A DNA stretch of 64,000 nt, from positions 20,764-84,763 of the forward strand of contig JAHCHW010000003.1 in NCBI GenBank assembly GCA_026129525.1. Direction: 5' to 3'. Both the position numbers and the translations under genes were made by a program. Positions 20,130 through 28,520 of the stretch are shown here, in pieces (positions within the stretch are counted from its first letter, which is position 1; each line of letters starts with the position of its first letter). Origin of the DNA: Chitinophagales bacterium (GTDB lineage: Bacteria; Bacteroidota; Bacteroidia; Chitinophagales; LD1). Below the pieces are notes generated by a model. The model did not search any database, had not been told where the DNA came from, and saw only the letters and a program-made list of their open reading frames with translations.

Positions 20130-20474
20130 ATGCGAACCATGGTGCTATTTTCTACGGTGCTTTTTTTCGGATGGGCTGCACCAACTACGGCTCAGCAAAA
20201 AATAACCTATGCCGAATCGTTTTTGGTAGATGTAAGAACACCCAAAGAATTTCAGCACGGCTCGGTAGAAGGAGCAGTCAACATTCCGCTTGGAACTATC
20301 AAAGAACATCTCAGCGAGTTTGAAAACAAAAAGCAAGTGGTGGTGTTTTGCCACAGCGGCATACGCGCCATGTTCGCCAAAGGAATATTAAATCGCAAGG
20401 GAATTAAACCGGTGGTTAACGGTGGCAATGTGCCACGGGTAAACCGCAAATTGAAAAAACAGGCAAGCAGTTAA
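20130..20474 (+). CDS. Single-domain rhodanese-like protein (secreted)
   Basis: 114 aa, cleavable signal peptide ([10 protein letters not shown]), divergent active-site loop CHSGIRA. Confidence 0.8.
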   Translation: MRTMVLFSTVLFFGWAAPTTAQQKITYAESFLVDVRTPKEFQHGSVEGAVNIPLGTIKEHLSEFENKKQVVVFCHSGIRAMFAKGILNRKGIKPVVNGGNVPRVNRKLKKQASS

Positions 20475-20513
20475 CGCAAGTAAAAATTTATTGACTCAGC
20501 AAAATCAAATCGT

Positions 20514-21077
20514 ATGTTAGAAACCATTTTATCGCCATGGCCTTGGTATGTGGCGGGTCCGCTTATAGGGCTTACCGTGCCCATATTGCTTATCATCGGC
20601 AACAAATCTTTCGGAATCAGTTCATCGCTGCGCCATGCTTGCGCGGCTTGCATTCCGGCAAACATTCCTTTCTTTAAATACGACTGGAAGAAAGAAGTGT
20701 GGAACCTGTTTTTTGTAACAGGCATTCTTACAGGCGGATTTGCAGCCGCTTATTTTCTGGCAAATCCCAATCCGGTGGAAGTGCATCCGAAACTGGCGGA
20801 AGAATTAAACACGTATGGAATTACCGATTTCTCATCCATGATTCCCCAACAGCTTTTCACTTTTGCAAACTTGCTTACGCTGAAAGGTTTTCTGATGATA
20901 GTGGTAGGCGGCTTTGTAGTGGGTTTCGGTACACGCTATGCGGGCGGCTGCACCAGCGGACATGCTATTATGGGTTTATCTACTTTACAGTGGCCCTCGT
21001 TAGTTGCCACTTGTTGTTTTATGATTGGCGGATTTATTACCGCTAACCTTATTCTTCCTCTCATTTTAAAACTGTAA
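20514..21077 (+). CDS. YeeE/YedE-family sulfur-compound transporter, half 1
   Basis: 187 aa membrane protein with the conserved GGCTSGH motif. Confidence 0.8.
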   Translation: MLETILSPWPWYVAGPLIGLTVPILLIIGNKSFGISSSLRHACAACIPANIPFFKYDWKKEVWNLFFVTGILTGGFAAAYFLANPNPVEVHPKLAEELNTYGITDFSSMIPQQLFTFANLLTLKGFLMIVVGGFVVGFGTRYAGGCTSGHAIMGLSTLQWPSLVATCCFMIGGFITANLILPLILKL

Positions 21078-21083
21078 TGGCGT

Positions 21084-21608
21084 ATGAATACAACTAATTT
21101 TCAGGTAACCACACCGCAGGTTGAAACCAACACGGATTTTGAGGTGCGCTCGTTAGACACCATGTGTGTAAACGAAAGTCATCTTGAACACAAGTGGTGG
21201 CACAATCTCAAATATCTGGTGGTGGGCATTGCGTTCGGAATTGTGTTTGTGAAAGCGGAAATCATCAGTTGGTTTCGCATTCAGGAAATGTTTCGCCTGC
21301 AATCGTTTCACATGTTTGGCGTAATAGGCAGCGCGGTAATGGTGGGCGTTATTTCGGTATGGCTTATTCGCAAATTCAACATCAAAACCATTTATGGCGA
21401 AACCATCGAGTTTCATCCTAAAACATTCAATAAGGGGCAAGTAATAGGTGGGTTGCTGTTCGGTTTCGGATGGGCGATTACAGGTGCTTGCCCCGGACCT
21501 TTGTTTGCACAAATAGGCAGCGGTGGATTGGTAGTAGCCATTACTTTACTGAGCGCTACAGCCGGCACCTGGGTGTATGGTTTAGTAAGAGAGAAATTAC
21601 CTCACTAA
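21084..21608 (+). CDS. YeeE/YedE-family sulfur-compound transporter, half 2
   Basis: 174 aa membrane protein with the GACPG motif, adjacent to half 1. Confidence 0.8.
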   Translation: MNTTNFQVTTPQVETNTDFEVRSLDTMCVNESHLEHKWWHNLKYLVVGIAFGIVFVKAEIISWFRIQEMFRLQSFHMFGVIGSAVMVGVISVWLIRKFNIKTIYGETIEFHPKTFNKGQVIGGLLFGFGWAITGACPGPLFAQIGSGGLVVAITLLSATAGTWVYGLVREKLPH

Positions 21609-21621
21609 GAAAAAGAAAGCG

Positions 21622-23340
21622 ATGCACCACGAACAAGAAGAAAAAACAAACGGCACTTCGCGTAAAGAGTTTTTACGGAACACGGCTTTACTCGGTGTGG
21701 GCGTTTCGTTGGCTCCGCTGTCATCGCTTCATGCCGAAGAGAATACAGTTTCTGAAACGGGAAAGAAATCGGGTAAAGGAAATAATTCTGCTCGTATCAC
21801 TATTCTCTACACATCCGACATTCACGCGCAGTTACATACGCACGATGAATTTTTCTGGGAAAACGGAAAAGGTGTTTACAAAAAGCGCGGTGGATTAGCA
21901 GTGCTGAAAACCATGATTAACAGCTACCGCAAAAAAAATCCAGCCAATACTATTTTAATTGACGGTGGCGATTACTTCCACGGTCACGGAGTGGCATCGC
22001 TTACCGAAGGCGAAGCGCTCATTCCTATTTTCAACAACATTGGTTACGACTTAATGTTGCCCGGCAACTGGGAGGTGGTTTACAAAAAGAAGAAAATGTT
22101 GTTCGACATGGGGCATGCCAATGCCGCAAAAATTTGCGCCAACATGTGGCACAATACCAACGATGACAACAATGGCGAACTCATTTATCAACCCTATTGG
22201 ATTAAAGTAATTGACGGAGTAAAAATTGGTTTCATTGGCTACACCGACCATTTAATTCCGAAACGCCAGTCCCCGGCATACAGCGAAGGAATCCGCTTTG
22301 ACCATGCCGAAAAAAATGTGGCGCGCTATGTAAAGATGCTACGCGAAGTGGAAGGTTGTGCAGTGGTAATGCTCGTTACACACATGGGTTTGGCGCAACA
22401 GGTGGGCTTGGGTAATAATCCGGTTTGCGAAGGTGTTGATTTTATTCTCGGTGCCGATACACACGAGCGCGTGCGCGAACCTATTCAATGCAAATACACT
22501 AAAGTAGTAGAGTGCGGAGCGTTCGGTTCATTTCTTGGCAGGTTAGAAATAGGAATTGAAAATGGAATGCTGAAATGGTCAGAGTACGAACTGCTTGATG
22601 TGGACCCCGCAAAATACAAAGCCGATAAAGAATTGCAGAAGTTGATTGACGAAGCAGCAGCGCCTTTCGAAAAAGAAATGAAGCGGGTAATTGGCACTAC
22701 TACCACTCCGCTGGTGCGCTACTTTGTAATGGAAACTCCGATGGATAACCTGCTCACCAACGCTATTATGTGGAAATTTAAACCCGACATTGCGTTGAGC
22801 AACGGTTTTCGTTTTTGTCAACCGCTGGCAGTGGACGAAACAAAAAGCAAAGCCGAAATAACCAAAGAATTTTTGTGGAACATGCTGCCGGTGGATAGCG
22901 AAGCAAAAACTGCATTGGTTACCGGTAAGCAAATTTGGGATTGGTTAGAAAAAGAACTGGAAAATGCCTTTGCCAAAAATCCCGCTAAACGCTTTGGCGG
23001 CTGGTTTGTTCGCTTTGCAGGTATGCAGGTAAACTTTACCATCAACAACGAATTTGGCAAGCGCGTAAACTGGGTAAAAGTGAACGGACAGCCGCTTGAT
23101 ATGGAAAAGGAATATTCCATTGTGGCTTGTGAGCGTGAGGGCGACCCCGATGATGTGTTGTGTAGAATTGAGAAAGTAAAATCGCCCAAACTGCTTGGCA
23201 CTTTGATGCACAACGTTATTGAAGAGTATCTGGCAACGCATCCCGATGTTTCACCTAAGTTGGAAGGAAGAGCTACGGCAACTGATTTTCCTCCTACACT
23301 CTTAACTCAGTTGCAGGGAACTACTTACGAGTTCCGCTAA
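21622..23340 (+). CDS. SoxB-like / 5'-nucleotidase-family dimetal phosphoesterase with Tat-like signal
   Basis: 572 aa. Has an SRKEFLRNTALLGVGVSLAP Tat-type leader (RK instead of RR) and metallophosphatase motifs ILYTSDIHA, DGGDYFHG and GNWE. Size and context match the thiosulfohydrolase SoxB. Confidence 0.6.
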   Translation: MHHEQEEKTNGTSRKEFLRNTALLGVGVSLAPLSSLHAEENTVSETGKKSGKGNNSARITILYTSDIHAQLHTHDEFFWENGKGVYKKRGGLAVLKTMINSYRKKNPANTILIDGGDYFHGHGVASLTEGEALIPIFNNIGYDLMLPGNWEVVYKKKKMLFDMGHANAAKICANMWHNTNDDNNGELIYQPYWIKVIDGVKIGFIGYTDHLIPKRQSPAYSEGIRFDHAEKNVARYVKMLREVEGCAVVMLVTHMGLAQQVGLGNNPVCEGVDFILGADTHERVREPIQCKYTKVVECGAFGSFLGRLEIGIENGMLKWSEYELLDVDPAKYKADKELQKLIDEAAAPFEKEMKRVIGTTTTPLVRYFVMETPMDNLLTNAIMWKFKPDIALSNGFRFCQPLAVDETKSKAEITKEFLWNMLPVDSEAKTALVTGKQIWDWLEKELENAFAKNPAKRFGGWFVRFAGMQVNFTINNEFGKRVNWVKVNGQPLDMEKEYSIVACEREGDPDDVLCRIEKVKSPKLLGTLMHNVIEEYLATHPDVSPKLEGRATATDFPPTLLTQLQGTTYEFR

Positions 23341-23352
23341 AAATTTTGAGCA

Positions 23353-24414
23353 GTGGAAGCAAACAATAACAACAACGAACTAAGCCCTGCCAATCAACAG
23401 TTGGTAAAAACTATCCGGCAACTGTTGGGAGTAATTAGTGTGTTGTTGTGTGCTATGTTGTTGCTCATGTTCTTTCTCATTTTCGGAGTACCCGATTTTG
23501 GAGGAAAGAAAAATGCGCCACTCACCGTAACCCCCGCTCCGCCTGTAGAAAAACCCAAATCGGAATTTTGGGAAGCACCCGATGAAAATTTGATAAGCGA
23601 TGAAGAAGTAAAATACGGCAGAGAGTTAATTGCACACACCGGAGAATATCTTGGGCCCAAAGGCAAAGTGCAAATAATGACCAACGGCATGAATTGCCAG
23701 AACTGCCACTTAGATGCCGGAACAAAAATTTTTGGCAACAACTACAGTGCAGTGGCTTCCACCTATCCTAAATTCAGAGCGCGCTCGGGCACTGAAGAAA
23801 GTATTGAAAAACGGGTGAACGATTGCATGGAACGCAGCTTAAATGGTATGCCGCTCGATACCGGCAGCCGCGAAATGAAAGCTATGGTGGCTTACATAAA
23901 GTGGCTGGGCAAAGATGTGCCGAAAGGCGAAAGTCCGAAAGGTTCGGGTTTGGTGGATGTTCCTTTTTTAGACAGAGCAGCCGACCCTGCAAAAGGTAAA
24001 TTGGTGTACGATGCCAAATGTGCGAGCTGCCATCAGGCAAATGGCGAAGGTTTGCTGAACGATGCTAAAACCGCTTACACCTATCCGCCTTTATGGGGCG
24101 ATTTTAGTTACAACAACGGTGCTGGATTGTTTCGCCTGTCGCGCTTTGCCGGTTATGTAAAAGCCAATATGCCGCTGGGCGCTAACCATGCTAATCCGCA
24201 ATTGAGCGATGAAGAAGCATGGGATGTGGCTGCCTTTGTAAACTCACAACCCCGACCTAAAAAAGATTTGCGTAAAGACTGGCCCGATATTTCTAAAAAA
24301 CCGATAGACCATCCGTTTGGACCTTACAGCGATAGTTTTAACGAAAAGCAGCATAAATACGGACCCTTTGCTCCCATTAAAAAAGCAGCGGAAGAAAAAA
24401 AGAAAACATCGTAA
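23353..24414 (+). CDS. Membrane-anchored diheme c-type cytochrome (TsdA-like thiosulfate dehydrogenase)
   Basis: GTG start and an N-terminal TM helix. Two CxxCH sites (CQNCH, CASCH), a Cys 39 residues after the first heme His (NDCMERS), and NMP after the second, as in the TsdA/SoxA family. Confidence 0.6.
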   Translation: MEANNNNNELSPANQQLVKTIRQLLGVISVLLCAMLLLMFFLIFGVPDFGGKKNAPLTVTPAPPVEKPKSEFWEAPDENLISDEEVKYGRELIAHTGEYLGPKGKVQIMTNGMNCQNCHLDAGTKIFGNNYSAVASTYPKFRARSGTEESIEKRVNDCMERSLNGMPLDTGSREMKAMVAYIKWLGKDVPKGESPKGSGLVDVPFLDRAADPAKGKLVYDAKCASCHQANGEGLLNDAKTAYTYPPLWGDFSYNNGAGLFRLSRFAGYVKANMPLGANHANPQLSDEEAWDVAAFVNSQPRPKKDLRKDWPDISKKPIDHPFGPYSDSFNEKQHKYGPFAPIKKAAEEKKKTS

Positions 24415-24453
24415 CTTATACTTCATTATTAACTAACCACTAAAACCAACGTC

Positions 24454-24915
24454 ATGAAAAAGTTACTTATACTCTCCATCGGTTTCTTGTTTATTGCATT
24501 CAGCGCCAGCGCACAAAAGCAAAACAGAAAACAAACAAAAGAATGTTGCAGTGTAGCGGCTAAAACGCATCACCGTGTGCTTATTCATTTAGCCAGCGGA
24601 GATGCCGATGCACATAAAGGACTCATTAACCAACTAACCGGATTGAAAGAAGCGTTTGGCGACAGCGTGGAAATTGAAGTGGTGGTGCATGGTCCCGGGC
24701 TTGATTTTGCCATGACTGCTAAAACCACCCAAAAGGAAAACATTCACAAAGCCGTTGCCGATGGGGTAAAATTTTATGTGTGCGAAAACACCATGAAGTA
24801 TAAGAAGATAACCAAAGAGGAAATTCTTCCCGAAATGGGCTTCGTAAAATTTGCCATGGCGGAGATAGTGCAAAAACAGGAAGAGGGATGGACGTACATA
24901 AAAACGGGATTCTAA
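24454..24915 (+). CDS. Exported DsrE/DsrF-like protein
   Basis: 153 aa with a signal peptide (FIAFSASAQ) and a core resembling the DsrE fold (HRVLIHLASGD...VVVHGPGLDF...YVCENT). Confidence 0.55.
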   Translation: MKKLLILSIGFLFIAFSASAQKQNRKQTKECCSVAAKTHHRVLIHLASGDADAHKGLINQLTGLKEAFGDSVEIEVVVHGPGLDFAMTAKTTQKENIHKAVADGVKFYVCENTMKYKKITKEEILPEMGFVKFAMAEIVQKQEEGWTYIKTGF

Positions 24916-26306
24916 AAACAGCTTTTATTCTCTGGAGTGTTTTCTTGCTCACTCCATCTGCTTTCTCGCAGGAACAACATCCAGCGGAAGCAAAATCTGA
25001 CAGCAATACACTACGAAACAAACTCATGAAGTATGGAACTTTTCATGCTCATGCGCGCTCGTTTGTAATGGCAACCGACAATGCCAATCCGCTGACCGAT
25101 TATGTAGCTTGGGGATTGGGCGCAGGCATAGGTTACGAAAGTCCGAAATGGAAAGGATTGCAGTTTGGCATCAGCGGCTTCTTTATTTTCAATGTGGCTT
25201 CTACCGATTTGGTAAAGAAAGATTCATTAGCTAATGCATATAACCGTTATGAAATCGGACTGTTCGATATAAACAATCCTCAAAACCGGCACGACTTAGA
25301 TAGGTTGGAGGAATTGTATTTGCGCTACAACTTCCGCAAATCGAAAATTGAAGTAGGGCGGTTTATTCTCAATACTCCTTTTATAAACATGCAGGACGGG
25401 CGTATGCGCGGAACAGTAGAGGAAGGCGCCTGGTTTGAAATAAATGAAGTGAAGAAACTGAAAATGGAAGGCGGCTGGCTTTGGCGTATTTCTCCGCGTT
25501 CAACGGTTACCTGGTACACCATCGGCAATTCGATGGGCGTTTATCCGGTGGGTGTAAACGAATGGGGAACAAAATCGAATTATGCCGGCAACATCAAATC
25601 AGCCGGGGTGGGTTTGTTGGGAATAACTTACGCTCCGGTTAAGCAACTGAAACTTCAGGTGTGGGAACAGTTTACCGAAAATGTTTTCAATACCGCTATG
25701 GTACAAGCCGATGCAAAAATTCCGTTGAGCAAAACTACCGACCTGCAAGCCGGTTTAATGTATGTGCGGCAAGATGCCATAAACTGTGGCGGCAACTGCG
25801 ATTCGTCAAAAACATATTTTACCAAAGGAAGCAGCAGCAATATCATCAGTTCTAAACTCGGAGTGCTTTGGAATAAATTAGATGCTTCGGTAAACTACAC
25901 TCACATTACCGATGACGGTCGCTTTCTGATGCCCCGCGAATGGGGGCGCGAACCCTTTTATACTTTTCTGCCGCGCGAAAGAAATGACGGAGCGGGTAAT
26001 GTACATGCCATCACCGCAAAACTTTCTTATGCCTTCTTCAACGGAACGCTGAAACCCTCCATCGGTTATGGGCACTACTACATCCCCGATGTAAAAAACT
26101 ACCGCCTCAACAAATACGGCATGCCATCTTACAATCAACTGAACGTAGATGTACGTTATTCTTTCCCTAAATACTTAAAAGGGCTTTCGCTTCAACTGCT
26201 GATGGTTTACAAAGGTAAACTTGGCAATACTTACAGCGATTACCGCTACGTATTCAACAAGGTGAATATGTTCAACTGGAATTTTGTGGTGGATTATAGG
26301 TTTTGA
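24888..26306 (+). CDS. Outer-membrane beta-barrel porin (hypothetical)
   Basis: 472 aa with a signal peptide, alternating amphipathic strands and a C-terminal aromatic residue (VVDYRF). Overlaps the previous gene by 28 nt. Confidence 0.5.
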   Translation: MDVHKNGILKTAFILWSVFLLTPSAFSQEQHPAEAKSDSNTLRNKLMKYGTFHAHARSFVMATDNANPLTDYVAWGLGAGIGYESPKWKGLQFGISGFFIFNVASTDLVKKDSLANAYNRYEIGLFDINNPQNRHDLDRLEELYLRYNFRKSKIEVGRFILNTPFINMQDGRMRGTVEEGAWFEINEVKKLKMEGGWLWRISPRSTVTWYTIGNSMGVYPVGVNEWGTKSNYAGNIKSAGVGLLGITYAPVKQLKLQVWEQFTENVFNTAMVQADAKIPLSKTTDLQAGLMYVRQDAINCGGNCDSSKTYFTKGSSSNIISSKLGVLWNKLDASVNYTHITDDGRFLMPREWGREPFYTFLPRERNDGAGNVHAITAKLSYAFFNGTLKPSIGYGHYYIPDVKNYRLNKYGMPSYNQLNVDVRYSFPKYLKGLSLQLLMVYKGKLGNTYSDYRYVFNKVNMFNWNFVVDYRF

Positions 26307-26515
26307 GGTTAGTCAAGCAACTAACTTAGCTATTCTAAATGAGCAAGAAGTTAATAGAGTTGATAGATTATTAGTATCTATGAATATAATTTTTGCCCGT
26401 AAGGGAACCACTCTTCCTTACATCCGTTTGTGTATATCAGTGTATTTGCTTCTACTTCTCTTCCTACACATTCCCCTAAATTTTTAGTTTTGCCGTCCAC
26501 TTTTAACCCGATTAT

Positions 26516-27583
26516 ATGAGTTTAAAAAGAGAAGATATTGCTAAACTGATTGGCGAAGAGAAAGCCAACTATTTATTAAACCACCAATCGAAAACAATCA
26601 GCAAAGAGCAGTTGCACCTGCCCGGTAAAAAGTTTATTGATACCGTTTGGAAAGACAGCAACCGCAACATTCAAACTTTACGCAGTTTAAACACTATTGT
26701 GCAAAATGGCAGACTCGGTGGTACAGGCTATGTTTCCATACTTCCGGTTGACCAGGGTATTGAACATAGTGCGGGCGCTTCATTTGCCCCTAACGTACCA
26801 ATGTTCGATCCCGAAGGTATAGTTGAACTGGCAATTGAAGGAGGATGCAATGCCGTGGCATCAACATACGGAGTGTTGGGCATGGTTGCCCGCAAATACG
26901 CGCATAAAATTCCGTTCATTGTAAAAATTAACCACAACGAGTTTATCAGCTATCCTAATTCGTACGACCAGATTTTGTTTGGTACCGTAAAAGATGCATG
27001 GAATATGGGCGCAGTTGCTGTTGGTGCAACAGTTTATTTCGGCAGCGAAGAATCGAAACGCCAAATTGTGGAAATTGCAGAAGCTTTTGAATATGCTCAC
27101 GAGTTAGGTATGGCAACTGTGCTTTGGTGCTACTTGCGTAATTCGGCTTTTAAGAAGGATGGGGTGGATTATCATACTTCGGCTGATTTAACCGGGCAGG
27201 CAAATCACTTAGGAGTAACCATTCAGGCAGATATTATTAAACAGAAATTACCTGAAAATAACGGTGGCTACAATGCCATCAACTTCGGCAAAACACATAA
27301 AAAGGTTTACTCCGATTTAACTACCGACCATCCTGTTGACCTTTGCCGCTATCAGGTAGCCAATTGCTACATGGGCAGGGTAGGGCTTATCAATTCGGGG
27401 GGGGCCTCGTCAGGCGCAACCGATTTGGCGGAAGCGGTATCAACGGCCATCATCAACAAACGCGCAGGAGGAATGGGTTTAATTTCAGGTCGCAAAGCAT
27501 TTCAGCGCCCGCTGAAAGAAGGCGTTGCATTGCTGAATGCCATTCAGGATGTGTATCTGAGCAAGGATGTTACCATTGCATAG
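26516..27583 (+). CDS. fbaB: Class I fructose-bisphosphate aldolase (DhnA/FbaB type)
   Basis: 355 aa with blocks [18 protein letters not shown] and DIIKQKLP typical of FbaB. Confidence 0.85.
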   Translation: MSLKREDIAKLIGEEKANYLLNHQSKTISKEQLHLPGKKFIDTVWKDSNRNIQTLRSLNTIVQNGRLGGTGYVSILPVDQGIEHSAGASFAPNVPMFDPEGIVELAIEGGCNAVASTYGVLGMVARKYAHKIPFIVKINHNEFISYPNSYDQILFGTVKDAWNMGAVAVGATVYFGSEESKRQIVEIAEAFEYAHELGMATVLWCYLRNSAFKKDGVDYHTSADLTGQANHLGVTIQADIIKQKLPENNGGYNAINFGKTHKKVYSDLTTDHPVDLCRYQVANCYMGRVGLINSGGASSGATDLAEAVSTAIINKRAGGMGLISGRKAFQRPLKEGVALLNAIQDVYLSKDVTIA

Positions 27584-27605
27584 TTTATTCTTCTAAGTTT
27601 GTTAC

Positions 27606-28466
27606 ATGGAAGCAAAAGTTCCGTGGTGGAAACGATTTCAGAAAGGGGTTCAAACTTCAACTGAGGAGAAGAAGGAAACTCCCGAAGGAGTATGGCATAA
27701 ATGCGAAAAGTGCAAAGCCACCGTTCTTGCCGATAAGCTGAAGGAGAATTTATCCGTTTGTCCGGAGTGCGGATTTCATGAGCAAATTACTTCATCCGAT
27801 TACTTCAATATCATTTTTGGAGAGGATTCAACCTATTCTATTCTGTTCGATAATCTGGTGCCGGTTGATTTTCTGCATTTTACTGATTCGAAATCTTATG
27901 CAAAACGTATTGTTGACACCACAAAGAAGACAGGGTTGAATGAAGCTATAAGAGTGGCTGTTGGCAAATGCGGAGAACATGATTTGTTGGTAGCTGCCAT
28001 GGATTTTCGTTTCATAGGCGGCTCAATGGGTTCGGTAGTAGGAGAGAAGATTGCGCGCTCAATCGACTATTGCATAGAGCACAATACGCCATTGTTAATC
28101 ATTTCAAAGTCGGGCGGGGCGCGTATGATGGAATCGGCATTTTCGCTGATGCAGTTAGCGAAAACCTCGGCAAAACTTACACAACTGAGCGATGCAAAGA
28201 TTCCGTTCATCAGTTTAATGACCGACCCTACCACAGGCGGGGTAACTGCTTCATTCGCCATGCTTGGCGATTACAATATTGCCGAACCAGGTGCGCTTAT
28301 TGGTTTCGCTGGACCGCGTGTTATTGAAGAAACAATCAAGAAAAAGTTGCCCGATGAGTTTCAAACATCTGAGTTCCAGTTAGAAAACGGGTTTCTTGAT
28401 TTTATTGTGCAGCGCAACGAAATACGTAACAAGTTACAAACCATCCTGTCGCTGCTTCGCAACTAA
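27606..28466 (+). CDS. accD: Acetyl-CoA carboxylase carboxyltransferase beta subunit
   Basis: 286 aa with an N-terminal Cys4 zinc ribbon (CEKC...CPEC) and FIGGSMGSVVGEK and SGGARMME blocks. Confidence 0.9.
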   Translation: MEAKVPWWKRFQKGVQTSTEEKKETPEGVWHKCEKCKATVLADKLKENLSVCPECGFHEQITSSDYFNIIFGEDSTYSILFDNLVPVDFLHFTDSKSYAKRIVDTTKKTGLNEAIRVAVGKCGEHDLLVAAMDFRFIGGSMGSVVGEKIARSIDYCIEHNTPLLIISKSGGARMMESAFSLMQLAKTSAKLTQLSDAKIPFISLMTDPTTGGVTASFAMLGDYNIAEPGALIGFAGPRVIEETIKKKLPDEFQTSEFQLENGFLDFIVQRNEIRNKLQTILSLLRN

Positions 28467-28520
28467 GTAAGCAGAATATTTCTACATTTATTTCGGACTA
28501 CACCAATCTGTAAACCGATT

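Noticed and set aside
21470-21898. 142-aa + strand ORF bridging the YeeE-half-2 and SoxB-like genes; similarly 27343-27741 bridging fbaB and accD
   Set aside because: These are out-of-frame overlaps of two well-supported genes, with Arg-rich, low-complexity translations.
21622-24414. Calling a complete Sox thiosulfate-oxidation system
   Set aside because: Only a SoxB-like hydrolase and a SoxA/TsdA-like cytochrome are visible. No SoxY, SoxZ, SoxX or SoxCD genes are in the window, so only cautious SoxB-like and TsdA-like labels are used.
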